Of a DNA stretch of 64,000 nucleotides, positions 46,112 through 55,569 are shown piece by piece. The stretch's first letter is position 1, and the number at the start of each line of letters is the position of its first letter. Both the position numbers and the translations under genes were made by a program. The notes beneath the pieces are model-generated. The model worked only from the letters and a program-made list of their open reading frames with translations, did not search any database and was not told the DNA's origin. Source of the stretch: Planctomycetota bacterium (GTDB taxonomy: Bacteria; Planctomycetota; Brocadiia; JAADGH01). The DNA lies in the NCBI GenBank assembly GCA_040755855.1, contig JBFMAD010000040.1, positions 999-64,998 of the forward strand. Reading direction: 5' to 3'.

Positions 46112-46822
46112 GTGTTTCAAACGAAGGTGCCGCTCGTCACGGTGAAGCGCCTGGCGCTTTACCTGACGCATCTTGGAATGCTGGTTGACGCCGGAGTGAA
46201 ACGTATCTCCTCCGAGGAGTTGGCCAACGAGATTGGCGTCTCTGCCTCGCTCGTGCGGAGGGATCTCAGCCATTTTGGGAAGTTCGGCATCTCTCGATCG
46301 GGGTATGACGCTTCAATTCTTTTCGAGCGACTGCGGGGCATTCTGGGCATCAATACGGAAACGCCGGTGGTAATCATCGGCGCGGGGCACATTGGCCAGG
46401 CGCTGGCGCATTCGAAAAACCTGGACGAGCGGGGCTTTCGCATCAAGGGTCTCTTCGACATTGACACCCGCTTGATCGGGAAGACAGTGGATGGCATCCA
46501 GATCCGAGCGATGTCGGAGCTAAATGACGTAGTTAAAAAGACCGGGGCGTCTATCGGGGTAATTGCCGTGCCGGCAAACGCCGCCCAGCGGGTGGCGGAC
46601 CGGCTGGTGGCTGCGGGCATCGAGGCGATCTGGAACTTCGCGCCTCTGCGGTTGGTAGTGCCGGAGCATACGATCGTGGAGAATGTTCACCTGGCGGCGG
46701 GGCTGCTGTCATTGACGTATCGCATCCGCGAAAGGCACGGCATTTTCCTGCGGTTCAACGTAAAGGCCCCGGAGTTGCCGGATGCACCGAGATCGAGTGA
46801 TGGTCGGGGCCGGCAAGCATAA
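46112..46822 (+). CDS. rex: Redox-sensing transcriptional repressor Rex
   Basis: VPLVTVKRLALYLTHL...ISSEELANEIGVSASLVRRDLSHFGKFG (wHTH), Rossmann VVIIGAGHIGQAL, and IWNFAPLRLVVPEHTIVENVHLAAGLLSLTY. GTG at 46112 is preceded by GGGGGTGGA; the track start is a TTG at 46091. Confidence 0.9.
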   Translation: MFQTKVPLVTVKRLALYLTHLGMLVDAGVKRISSEELANEIGVSASLVRRDLSHFGKFGISRSGYDASILFERLRGILGINTETPVVIIGAGHIGQALAHSKNLDERGFRIKGLFDIDTRLIGKTVDGIQIRAMSELNDVVKKTGASIGVIAVPANAAQRVADRLVAAGIEAIWNFAPLRLVVPEHTIVENVHLAAGLLSLTYRIRERHGIFLRFNVKAPELPDAPRSSDGRGRQA

Positions 46823-46884
46823 AGCGTGACAGGGCAAGAGCAGATTGCCCTGACGGCAACCCTCATGCATAAGGAGGATGAGAA

Positions 46885-47268
46885 TTGGCCGAGCAATACA
46901 AGGTGTTGTTGGTGGATGACGACGTGGATTTTGTGGAGGCGACAAAGATCGTCCTCGAAAGCAATGACTACGAGGTGGTCACTGCACACAATGGAAAGGA
47001 TGGCATCGCAATCGCAAAAAAAGAAAAGCCGGACGCCATCGTTCTGGACGTCATGATGACGCACAAGACGGAAGGCTTTGACACGGCCCGGGACCTGCGC
47101 AACGATGAGGAGACAAAGGACATCCCCATCGTGATGCTGACCGCGGTGAACCAGGAAGTGCCCTGGAAGTTCGCCGCGGATTCCGTATGGCTCCCGGTGG
47201 ACAAATTTGTGGAGAAACCGATCCAGCCGGACAAACTGCTGGATCTGCTCGGAGAGGTAATCAAGTAA
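46885..47268 (+). CDS. Stand-alone response-regulator receiver (CheY-like)
   Basis: TTG start 7 nt after AAGGAGG. VLLVDDD, phospho-acceptor IVLDVMM, MLTAV and VEKP motifs. No output domain. Confidence 0.88.
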   Translation: MAEQYKVLLVDDDVDFVEATKIVLESNDYEVVTAHNGKDGIAIAKKEKPDAIVLDVMMTHKTEGFDTARDLRNDEETKDIPIVMLTAVNQEVPWKFAADSVWLPVDKFVEKPIQPDKLLDLLGEVIK

Positions 47269-47314
47269 ACCGGCCGGTCGAAGCACGGCCCACTGCGTAG
47301 CAGAGGAGGATCGA

Positions 47315-48352
47315 ATGACGGTCAAGATTCTCGAAAAAAAGGACCTCAACCGCTTCGTTGAGGGCCTGATGAAGGAGACAAACGTCTTCGGCGTAACCAA
47401 AAAGAAGGGAACCACCCGGTTTGACTTCGCCAAACTCGAGTCGCCCGATGACCTTTGTCTGGACTATGATGTGACGTTGGTCTCGCCCAAGAAGTATTTC
47501 ACGCCCCAGGAGGAGACGCTCCTGAATTTTACCCGCGGCGACAAGCCCACCGTGGCGTCCGTAGTCGAGGCCCAGGAGACGGTAATTATCGGCATCCATC
47601 CCTATGACCTTAAGGCCATCGGCCAGATGGATAAGGTCTTCTCCGACGGAAACCGAGACGAAAACTATCTGAAGAAGCGCGAGGCAAGCATTCTAATCGG
47701 CGTGGACATGACCCGCGCCTCGGAAAAGGCCTTCTGCGCGAGCATGGACAGCGCCGTGGTGGAGGAAGGATTCGACCTCATGCTCACCGACATCGGCGGC
47801 GGCTACACCGTGACGGTCGGAACGGACAAAGGCGCGCAGCTTCTGAAGAAGTACGCCGCCGTCCGCGACGCCACGGACAAAGAGATCGCCGCGCGCGACA
47901 AGGCACGCGAGAAGGCAAAGAGGCTCTTCGGAGATCGAAAGCTGAACATGCCGTGCACGGACCTGCCCGAGCTGCTCAAGGGCAAGGAGAGGCATCCCGT
48001 GTGGCATCTGAAGGCTGAGAAGTGCCTGAGCTGCGGATCGTGCAACCTCGTGTGCCCGACGTGCTACTGCTTCGATGTGAAGGATGAAACCGATCTCCAC
48101 CTGAAGGAAGGTCGCCGCTATCGCGTCTGGGACGGCTGCCTGCTGGAGGACTTCGCCGCCGTCGGCAGCGGCGAGAACTTCCGCGAGGAGCGCGCGGCGC
48201 GCTACCGGCACCGCTTCTACCGCAAGGGTCAGTACCTTTATCAGAAGTACGGCGATATTGCCTGCGTGGGCTGCGGGCGCTGCGCGAAGGCCTGCCTGCC
48301 CGACATCGCCGACCCCGTGGAAGTCTATAACACGCTGAAGGAGGAGTTGTGA
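47315..48352 (+). CDS. Group 3b [NiFe]-hydrogenase beta subunit (HydB/AsrA-like, 2x[4Fe-4S])
   Basis: CLSCGSCNLVCPTCYC and CVGCGRCAKACLPDI. Size and position match Pyrococcus-type sulfhydrogenase hydBGDA order. Confidence 0.85.
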   Translation: MTVKILEKKDLNRFVEGLMKETNVFGVTKKKGTTRFDFAKLESPDDLCLDYDVTLVSPKKYFTPQEETLLNFTRGDKPTVASVVEAQETVIIGIHPYDLKAIGQMDKVFSDGNRDENYLKKREASILIGVDMTRASEKAFCASMDSAVVEEGFDLMLTDIGGGYTVTVGTDKGAQLLKKYAAVRDATDKEIAARDKAREKAKRLFGDRKLNMPCTDLPELLKGKERHPVWHLKAEKCLSCGSCNLVCPTCYCFDVKDETDLHLKEGRRYRVWDGCLLEDFAAVGSGENFREERAARYRHRFYRKGQYLYQKYGDIACVGCGRCAKACLPDIADPVEVYNTLKEEL

Positions 48353-48353
48353 G

Positions 48354-49196
48354 ATGGGATGTGCATGCCAGCAGAAGAAGACGATCTATACGCCCGGCCT
48401 AGCCACCATCGTCACGTCCAAAGCGATGACGGAGACTGAAAAGTTCTTCGAAATCAAACTGAACGATGGGAAGGACTTGGGCCATAAACCGGGCCAGTTT
48501 GTGGAAGTTTCGATTTTCGGCATCGGCGAGGCCCCAATCTCCATCTCCTCGCCGCCAGCCGGAAACGGCAGTTTTGAGCTCGTGGTGCGGAAGGTCGGCA
48601 ATGTGACCGGCGCGCTTCATGCAATGCCCGCCGGAAGCACCATCGGCATTCGTGGCCCCTTCGGGACAACGTTCGACATTGACGACGCCAAGGGAAAGGA
48701 CATCCTCTTCGTTGCGGGCGGCTTGGGCCTCGTGCCCGCGCGTTCCTACATCAAGCACGTCCTGGCCCATCGCAAGGACTACGGCAAGGTGACCATCCTC
48801 TTCGGAGCGAAGTCCCCCGCCGAGCGCCTGTTCACGAACGAGCTGGCCGAATGGGCGGGACGAAAGGACGTCACGTTCCTCGAAACAGTGGACCGAGGGG
48901 ATGCGGCCTGGAAGGGCAACGTCGGGGTCATCACCACGTTGTTCCCGAAGATCAAGGTTGATCCCGCCAGGACGTATGCAGTCATCGTCGGTCCGCCGAT
49001 CATGTATAAGTTCGTCATCATGGAGACGGAGAAGATCGGCATCCCGCACAACCAGGTGCTGGTATCGCTCGAGCGCCGGATGAAGTGCGGCGTGGGCAAG
49101 TGCGGCCACTGCCAGATCAACAACGTTTACGTCTGCCAGGATGGCCCGGTCTTCAGACTGTCTCAGGTACTTGAACTTCGGGAGGCGATTCAATGA
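48354..49196 (+). CDS. Group 3b [NiFe]-hydrogenase gamma subunit (FAD/NAD(P)-binding, [2Fe-2S]; HydG/AsrB-like)
   Basis: Ferredoxin-reductase-type blocks (GQFVEVSIFGIGEAPISI, LFVAGGLGLVP) and C-terminal CGVGKCGHCQ...VCQDGPVF. Confidence 0.85.
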   Translation: MGCACQQKKTIYTPGLATIVTSKAMTETEKFFEIKLNDGKDLGHKPGQFVEVSIFGIGEAPISISSPPAGNGSFELVVRKVGNVTGALHAMPAGSTIGIRGPFGTTFDIDDAKGKDILFVAGGLGLVPARSYIKHVLAHRKDYGKVTILFGAKSPAERLFTNELAEWAGRKDVTFLETVDRGDAAWKGNVGVITTLFPKIKVDPARTYAVIVGPPIMYKFVIMETEKIGIPHNQVLVSLERRMKCGVGKCGHCQINNVYVCQDGPVFRLSQVLELREAIQ

Positions 49197-49939
49197 AGCC
49201 AAAGATCGCAGTTTTCGACTTCGCCAGCTGCGAGGGGTGCGAGCTCCAGATCGTGAATCTGGAGGAGAACCTCCTCGAGCTGCTGGGCGAGGTGGATGTC
49301 GTCAGTTTCCGCGAGGCCATGAAGGAACACGGCGACAACTACGACATCGCGTTCGTCGAGGGGTCGTGCACGCGGAAGTCCGACGAGGCGCGGCTGAAGG
49401 GCATCCGGAAACGCGCCAAGATCGTCGTCGCCCTCGGCGCCTGCGCCACCATCGGCGGGATCAACTGCCTTAAAAACTTCCAGCCGATGTACAAGGTGAA
49501 GGAGATCGTGTACGGCAAGAACGCGCACATGTACGAGACCTACCCCGCGCGCCCGATCAGCGCCGTCATCCCTGTGGATTTCTGTATCCACGGTTGCCCT
49601 ATCAATCGGGATGAGCTTGTGAGCATCACGAAGGCGCTCTTGCTCGGCAAGAAGCCGGAGATACCGAACTATCCTATCTGCGTGGAGTGCAAGCGGAAGG
49701 GCAACCAATGCGTGTTCGAAAAGGGCATGTTCTGTCTCGGCCCGGTCGCCCGCGCCGGCTGTGGCGCTATCTGTCCCTCGCACGGCCACGCCTGCGAAGG
49801 CTGCCGCGGCTACGTGGACAACCCGAACCGCGATTCCGAGATGGAGGTCCTCGAGAAGTACGGCCTGACTGTGCAGGATGCGTTGAAGAGACTGGGGATG
49901 TTCCTGGGATACTGGGAGGCGCCAAGATATGAGCAGTAG
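49193..49939 (+). CDS. Group 3b [NiFe]-hydrogenase small (delta) subunit
   Basis: KIAVFDFASCEGCELQ, GACATIGG and further Cys clusters (CVECKRKGNQCV, CLGPVARAGCGAICPSHGHACEGC). Its ATG overlaps the upstream TGA (ATGA). Confidence 0.88.
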   Translation: MKPKIAVFDFASCEGCELQIVNLEENLLELLGEVDVVSFREAMKEHGDNYDIAFVEGSCTRKSDEARLKGIRKRAKIVVALGACATIGGINCLKNFQPMYKVKEIVYGKNAHMYETYPARPISAVIPVDFCIHGCPINRDELVSITKALLLGKKPEIPNYPICVECKRKGNQCVFEKGMFCLGPVARAGCGAICPSHGHACEGCRGYVDNPNRDSEMEVLEKYGLTVQDALKRLGMFLGYWEAPRYEQ

Positions 49940-51257
49940 TGTTGCAGCAACCAAAGCAAAGGCAAACGTGGACGTCCGCGTGCACCACGTGACCCGCGTC
50001 GAGGGCCACGGTAATATCGTCGTGGACGTCAAAAATGGAAAGATCAAGGAATGTCAGTGGCAGGTGGTCGAGGCGCCGCGCTTCTTCGAGGCGATGGTCG
50101 TCGGCCGACGGTGGAGCGAGATGGCCCACATCACCAGCCGCATCTGCGGCATCTGCTCCATCGGCCACACCATGACCTCGCTCAAGGCCACCGAGGCCGC
50201 TCTGGGCATTAAGCCCTCGGAGCAGACCATCAAGCTCCGCAAAATCCTCACCCACGGCGAGAACCTGCAGAGCCATGTCCTGCACGCCGGCTACCTCGTC
50301 GTGCCGGACCTCTTCGGCGTCGGCAGCGTCATCCCGCTGGCCAGCACGCACAAGGACGCGGTCCTGGCCGTCGTGCGGCTCCACCGCCTCGCCAACGAGA
50401 TGTGCGACCTCTTTGGCGGCCGCACCACCCACCCCATCACGGCCGTCGTCAATGGCTTCACCTCCATCCCGAAGCCGAAGGACATGAAGGCCATGCGCGA
50501 CAGGCTGGAGGCGTCCATCGCCGACCTGAAGGCCGTCGCGGGGGTCGTGCTCAGCGTGGCGGACAAGATCCCGCCCTTCACGCGCGAGACGGAGTACATC
50601 GGCCTGACCACGCCGGAGGAGTACGCCCTCTACGACGGCGACATCGGCTCCACCGACGGCGGCACATGGCCCGTGAAGGAGTACAGGAAGATCACGAACG
50701 AGTACTGCGTCCCGCAGTCCACGGCAAAGTATGCGAAGCACAACCGCAGCTCCTACGCCGTCGGCGCGCTGGCGCGGTTCAACCTGAACCACAAGCAACT
50801 CCAGGGGCCGTCGAAGGAAGTGGCCGCGATGCTGGGCCTGAAGGCCCCATGCTACAATCCCTACATGAACAGCGTGGCGCAGATTGTGGAGTGCGTGGAC
50901 AGCACGCTGGAATCGATCCGCCTCATCGACGAGGTCCTCGCCGCCGGCGTCGAGGAGGAGGACGCCTACATGAAGGTCGAGCCGAAGGCCGGCCAGGGCG
51001 TGGGATCGGTGGACGTGCCGCGCGGCATCCTCTTCCACGACTATACGTTCGATGCAAACGGCGTGTGCACGGCTGCGAACTGCATCATCCCGACGAACCA
51101 GAACCACGCGAGCATCCAGGATGACTTCGAGGCCATCCTGCCGCAGATTCTGGGCAAGTCGGAGAAGGAGATCGAACTGACGCTCGAGATGCTGGTCCGT
51201 TCCTACGATCCGTGCATCTCCTGCTCGGTGCACTACCTGAACGTCGAGTTTGTTTAA
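49929..51257 (+). CDS. Group 3b [NiFe]-hydrogenase large (alpha) subunit
   Basis: N-terminal VTRVEGHG...RICGICSIGH and C-terminal DPCISCSVH Ni-Fe ligand motifs. Confidence 0.92.
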   Translation: MSSSVAATKAKANVDVRVHHVTRVEGHGNIVVDVKNGKIKECQWQVVEAPRFFEAMVVGRRWSEMAHITSRICGICSIGHTMTSLKATEAALGIKPSEQTIKLRKILTHGENLQSHVLHAGYLVVPDLFGVGSVIPLASTHKDAVLAVVRLHRLANEMCDLFGGRTTHPITAVVNGFTSIPKPKDMKAMRDRLEASIADLKAVAGVVLSVADKIPPFTRETEYIGLTTPEEYALYDGDIGSTDGGTWPVKEYRKITNEYCVPQSTAKYAKHNRSSYAVGALARFNLNHKQLQGPSKEVAAMLGLKAPCYNPYMNSVAQIVECVDSTLESIRLIDEVLAAGVEEEDAYMKVEPKAGQGVGSVDVPRGILFHDYTFDANGVCTAANCIIPTNQNHASIQDDFEAILPQILGKSEKEIELTLEMLVRSYDPCISCSVHYLNVEFV

Positions 51258-51270
51258 GGGCAACTTGATC

Positions 51271-51303
51271 AACCTCCCGGAGGTTTAGAACCTCCGAGAG
51301 GTT
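51271..51303. terminator. Double palindrome (copy of 470..507) between convergent genes; likely a bidirectional terminator or REP
   Basis: aacctcccggaggtttagaacctccgagaggtt lies 14 nt after the hydrogenase large-subunit stop. Confidence 0.55.
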
Positions 51304-51370
51304 TCTCTTGAAAAGGCTGCGGCCGATCCGCCCTTCCGGCGGGTCGGCCGCATTATCTTATATCCCTGGA

Positions 51371-54300
51371 TTATTCCGCTCTTGCCCTCCATCTTTCCGG
51401 CTTGAAGGTCCAGAACTGGAGCTTGGTCAAGGCGTCGGCCAGCATGTTTTGCTGGACTTGACGGGGGAGGACGTTGACCTCCCCTCGCAGCCGCATGGTT
51501 CCCGCCGCCTTTGACGCATGGATGTTCCTGACGGTTTGCGCCATCAGTTGCAGAAACATGGCCTGGTTCACATCTTCTCCGGCCACCTGAATGGAAGCCG
51601 GGACTTCCTTTGCAAGGTCAAGGGACCTGGCGACCGCGATGATTTTTTCTCCGCTTACTTCGATCTGGACCGATTGAGATTTTGGGGTGGTAGCGATCTT
51701 GCCTGGATCGGTCGTGAGCCGTCCTTCTTTGTGAAGTTGCATCATGTCTTGCGCCTGTTCCAGCGCCCCGCGCGCCGGCTTTTCCGCCGAGCGATAATGG
51801 GTCGGTCCGAGGATGTCGCGGACGGTTACAGTCTCAGGGAGCGTTCCCTCCCGCGCAAAATCGGCGAGAGAAAATGCGAGGACCTGAAACGCATCGCTCA
51901 ACGAGAAGTAGTCGCCGCCGAGGTCAATGAACTCGGGCGGGGCGGCTGGCGAGGCGGCCACGGCGTCGGCGGTCCTGAGCACAGCCTCGCGGGACGCCGT
52001 CTTCGTCCGATCGTCGGCAATCTGGTCGAGGATTTCCTCGAATGTTACCACCTTCAAGCGCGGGTTTTTTGCCGCCCACCTGACGAGCTCCTCATATGTT
52101 TCCCACAGCTGCCTCTGCATCTCAGCCGATCCGCACAGGAAACCGTGCTGCGGCAGGACGGGCGATCCCTGGAGGAAGTCGTGGTCGTGAATCAGCACGG
52201 CGATGGACCGGACCTCTTCGGTTGACTGCTGCGCGGTGAAATCCTCAATGGAACGAAACAAGTCAAGTTCCCCCGCAGCGGCCCGGCGGAGCTCGGTAGG
52301 GCCGATAGACTGCGCGTCCGGCATCCCTTTCATCCCCAGGAACCACCCGGCGTTCGTGCCGCCCCCGGTGTTTCCTTTTAGCCCGATCATCGCCCGGCAG
52401 CCGAACTCCTTGGTGACATAGAGGATGGACGCCTCGAAGAATCGTCCGGTCGCGGCGATGCGACCGCCGAACATCTCCTGCATCTTCTTCAGCCCGCCGG
52501 CCTTGGTCTTGTCCAGCGCGCCTGTCTTGGGATCAATGGGATGGGACTCGTAGTCCATGATTGCCTGAACATCCGCGTCCCAATCCTCCCCTCGAACGCG
52601 ATGGATCGGCTGCGGGTTGGGCGGGCGGTTGGCGCCGTGATGGGCCACGGGCATCCCCGCTTCATTTATGAGCCGGATTAGCTCCGGAGCATGTTGCTGG
52701 ATCTGCTCCGCCGCCAGGCCGGTGAACCAGAAACTGGCCTTCACGCCAGTTTGCTTGAACAGATCCAGATACCGCCGGAGCATCCGGCAGTTCTCCCGCG
52801 CCGCCGCCTCGTCGGGGAAGTAATTGAGGTTCATGCGGAACTGAATCGGCGTCCGGTCGTCGCCGATCGCTTCCTTGCGCGATTCTGCTCCTTGCGTTTC
52901 GCTCATGGCCTCCTTGAACTGGGCCGGCTTCACCGTCCACAGTTGCAGCAGACCATAGACGCCGGGCGTGTCGGCGGCGGAGGGATGCGCCCGCTGCCAG
53001 GGCTGGGCGAGAGGCGGCAGGAGTTTGCTCGGCCGCACGCGCAGGGCGGCCGGCGTTTTTCCCGTCCGCAATGCCTGATAGGCCTCCGCCATCAGCCGCA
53101 GGAACTGTGCGGCGTTCATCGTCTTGCCATCGGCGGTGACGTTTAGAGGCACGCGATTCGCGGGCGGCTCCGCGGAGCCCGGCTGGCGTTCCGGTCCGAA
53201 GGCGATGCGCGCCGCCGCGGCGATGACGGCCTGCATGTCCATGTCTTCCTCCTTTCCCTGCACGACCTCGGATGAGACGCCGATAGGGCCGTACGTCAAG
53301 TCGGTCTGCAGGCTATCGGGCAGCGAGCCGCGCTCGGCGTGGAACTTGAGCGCGACGGCCAGGAGCTTGAATGTCTGGGCCAGAGACAAGTAGCCTTTGC
53401 CTGTGGATGCAAAGCTGGGCGGGCGCTCCGTCCAGCCTTTCAGCAGCAACTCCACCGCCCAGTCAAATTCGGCGAGAGTAACCGACTCTCCGGCGTAAGG
53501 CACGGTCAGGTCCATGAGCAACCGATTGCCCACAAAGCGGCTGCCGGGATTGTCGGGAAAGTAGCGCGACAGGACCCAGTCCAGGTTGGCGCGGAAGTTC
53601 TCCACCTTCTGTCGGCGTTCCGTTTCGGAGAAGATGAACTCCGGCGGCAGGCGGAAGTCGTCGCCGCGCGATTGGCGTACCTCGCGGGCCTGGGGAGGAA
53701 TCCGCTGGGACCCGCCATAGGCGTATTCGGTGGGGCTGACGCGGGCGTAGATGAACTTTGTTCCATAGATCATGTGCGGCACGGCGACGCGCGACCGGTC
53801 GAGTCGCTGGAACTTCGCCGAAAACATTTCGGGCGGCAGTTCCGATCCGATAACGCCTACCTCCTTGGAGACAGGATGCGACGATGTGATGAGGCAGCCC
53901 ATGAACCAGAAGACATCCGGCGAGGTTTCCGGCGAGGGGCTGACGGCCTTGCGGATTTCCAGGACGGCGGGGATGTAGTCCCGGTTGCCCATGGCGGGGC
54001 CGTGGTCGGTGAAGCCGAAATGGACGCGGCAGCCGGTGAGGTCGTTGAGGGCGAGCATCCCCGGCGGGTTGGTCGCGCCCGCTGCGCCGCTGAGGACGGT
54101 GCAGGGACCGAAGACCTCCTGCATGAGGGCGACGCCGCCCTTGCGGGAGGCGTCCGGCCCGCCCGTCTTTAGGTCGCGGTGCGCCGTGTATAGGGCGCGG
54201 GTTGCCGTGTAAATCTCCTGCCAGCTCTTGCCCGCCATGCCGCGCATGGCTTGGGAGGTCGTCGCGTAGATCGGCTCGTGCGCGCCGTGGTAGCCCACGT

Positions 54301-54622
54301 CGTACCATCCCTCTTTGGCGCAGCCTCGAACGAGACTCACAATGCCCGATTCCTTGTCGCGTTGCCGGAAGATTTCGGAGTCTGCGCCGTAGAACTCGCC
54401 CACGGCGGCCACAAGGTCCGGGTGCGCCTTGTGCGCCTCGTCCAGGATGCCCATGACCTCTTTGATGCGCCACTCGCTCAGTTCCAGGTTGATGTGGTCT
54501 TCGTAATGGGCGAAGAGATAGACATAAACGGGGAGCGGTTCTTGCGCTTCCTCCGAGCGAACTGAAACCTGAATGGCCGCGGCCAAGCCAAGGGAGACGC
54601 ACAGCAATAGTCGCACGCTCAT
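51371..54622 (-). CDS. Large secreted protein made of two tandem homologous ~520-aa modules (deacetylase/GH57-like guess)
   Basis: Start MSVRLLLCVSLGLAAAIQ with GAGGGA upstream; the track start is 54634. Internal duplication is visible in three segment pairs. YLSLAQTFKLLAVALKFHAERGSLPDSLQTDLTYGPIG pairs with YFSLSDAFQVLAFSLADFAREGTLPETVTVRDILGPTH. NAAQFLRLMAEAYQAL pairs with NQAMFLQLMAQTVRNI. LQLWTVKPAQF pairs with LQFWTFKPERW. Confidence 0.75.
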   Translation of the reverse strand: MSVRLLLCVSLGLAAAIQVSVRSEEAQEPLPVYVYLFAHYEDHINLELSEWRIKEVMGILDEAHKAHPDLVAAVGEFYGADSEIFRQRDKESGIVSLVRGCAKEGWYDVGYHGAHEPIYATTSQAMRGMAGKSWQEIYTATRALYTAHRDLKTGGPDASRKGGVALMQEVFGPCTVLSGAAGATNPPGMLALNDLTGCRVHFGFTDHGPAMGNRDYIPAVLEIRKAVSPSPETSPDVFWFMGCLITSSHPVSKEVGVIGSELPPEMFSAKFQRLDRSRVAVPHMIYGTKFIYARVSPTEYAYGGSQRIPPQAREVRQSRGDDFRLPPEFIFSETERRQKVENFRANLDWVLSRYFPDNPGSRFVGNRLLMDLTVPYAGESVTLAEFDWAVELLLKGWTERPPSFASTGKGYLSLAQTFKLLAVALKFHAERGSLPDSLQTDLTYGPIGVSSEVVQGKEEDMDMQAVIAAAARIAFGPERQPGSAEPPANRVPLNVTADGKTMNAAQFLRLMAEAYQALRTGKTPAALRVRPSKLLPPLAQPWQRAHPSAADTPGVYGLLQLWTVKPAQFKEAMSETQGAESRKEAIGDDRTPIQFRMNLNYFPDEAAARENCRMLRRYLDLFKQTGVKASFWFTGLAAEQIQQHAPELIRLINEAGMPVAHHGANRPPNPQPIHRVRGEDWDADVQAIMDYESHPIDPKTGALDKTKAGGLKKMQEMFGGRIAATGRFFEASILYVTKEFGCRAMIGLKGNTGGGTNAGWFLGMKGMPDAQSIGPTELRRAAAGELDLFRSIEDFTAQQSTEEVRSIAVLIHDHDFLQGSPVLPQHGFLCGSAEMQRQLWETYEELVRWAAKNPRLKVVTFEEILDQIADDRTKTASREAVLRTADAVAASPAAPPEFIDLGGDYFSLSDAFQVLAFSLADFAREGTLPETVTVRDILGPTHYRSAEKPARGALEQAQDMMQLHKEGRLTTDPGKIATTPKSQSVQIEVSGEKIIAVARSLDLAKEVPASIQVAGEDVNQAMFLQLMAQTVRNIHASKAAGTMRLRGEVNVLPRQVQQNMLADALTKLQFWTFKPERWRARAE

Positions 54623-54988
54623 CGGATCCCTCATTAGTACGGCGTTTCATTGATTTGCACAGGATTCACCCCACTGCAAAAATGACCTCGTTCCCGCGAC
54701 TTAGGAGGCAATGACTAATGCCCAATGACTAATGGCTAATCACTGCCGACAGCTTGCCCAGTTGCTCAAGATCGCTCACCGTTCCATCGGGTAGACCGCG
54801 CAAAGCGTGTGCCGCTCCCCCGCGGAGCCGAGAAGAAAGGGAGAGGACCATCGAAGAAGGGAGACGGAAGACGAGAAAGGGCGAACAGCGCGATCTGCCG
54901 TTTTTCGTCCTACTTCCTGACCGATACCATCACGGGTTTACGTTTTGTAAAGCCCGTGCACAACCAATCTGTTGGGCACGCGCCCCCG

Positions 54989-55552
54989 CTAATTCTTCTT
55001 GGACATCCCGAAGCCGCCGATCTTCTGGCCCAGGCTCCAGTACTCCCCGTGGTTGAAGACGAAGGGCTGGGCCTTGGCGAAGTTCACGCTCCCATCGGCG
55101 TCGAGGATGTCCTTGTTCGCGTGCACGGAGAGTATCTTGCCGATGAACATATCGTGCGCACCGAGACTGAGGTACTGCCGCGTTTTGCACTCGATGTTCA
55201 CGGGACATTCAGCGATGAGCGGCGCGCCGGCCAGATCGCTGGGCATGGGGGTGAGGCCGATCTCCTTCCACTTGTCCACGTCGCGCCCGGAGATACAGCC
55301 GGCCCGGTCCACCTTTTCAAGGATCGCGACATTGGGCACGTTGACGACGAAATAGCCCGCCTTTTCGAGGATGCTGTAGGAATATCGCGAGGGCCGGACG
55401 GACACGCTCAGTTGGGGCGGATCGGAAGAGACGATGCCGACCCAAGCGACCGTCATGAAGTTGCTCTTGCCCTTGTCGTCCCGGCACGTGAGCAGGACAA
55501 CCGGCAATGGATACAGGGCCTCGAACGGCGGAAGTTTCGCTTTGACTGTCAT
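54989..55552 (-). CDS. Flavin reductase-like FMN-binding split-barrel protein
   Basis: PVVLLTCRDDKGKSNFMTVAWVGIVSSDPPQLSVSVRPSRYSYSIL...FVVNVP...SGRDVDKW pattern of the flavin-reductase/flavoredoxin family. Confidence 0.85.
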   Translation of the reverse strand: MTVKAKLPPFEALYPLPVVLLTCRDDKGKSNFMTVAWVGIVSSDPPQLSVSVRPSRYSYSILEKAGYFVVNVPNVAILEKVDRAGCISGRDVDKWKEIGLTPMPSDLAGAPLIAECPVNIECKTRQYLSLGAHDMFIGKILSVHANKDILDADGSVNFAKAQPFVFNHGEYWSLGQKIGGFGMSKKN

Positions 55553-55569
55553 GGCAACTTCCTTTCCTT

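Noticed and set aside
49929-51257. Possible selenocysteine or other recoding in the hydrogenase large subunit
   Set aside because: The frame is uninterrupted and both Ni-Fe ligand motifs carry Cys (RICGIC, DPCISC). There is no in-frame TGA.
49767-51272. 501-aa minus-strand ORF. The same reasoning applies to 57331..58788, 59764..60642, 60542..61783, 8514..10748, 11932..13173, 15069..17429 and similar ORFs.
   Set aside because: All lie opposite motif-supported genes (hydrogenase large subunit, ispD/yacL, dgt, HIT/YfcE, GH, LarA and others) and show the R/G/A/P/H-rich composition of GC-rich antisense frames.
54700-54760. SD-preceded mini-ORFs ATGACTAATGCCCAATGA (MTNAQ) and ATGACTAATGGCTAA (MTNG)
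   Set aside because: They arise from the reiterated word aatgactaatg in a repeat-rich spacer, and nothing supports a leader-peptide function.
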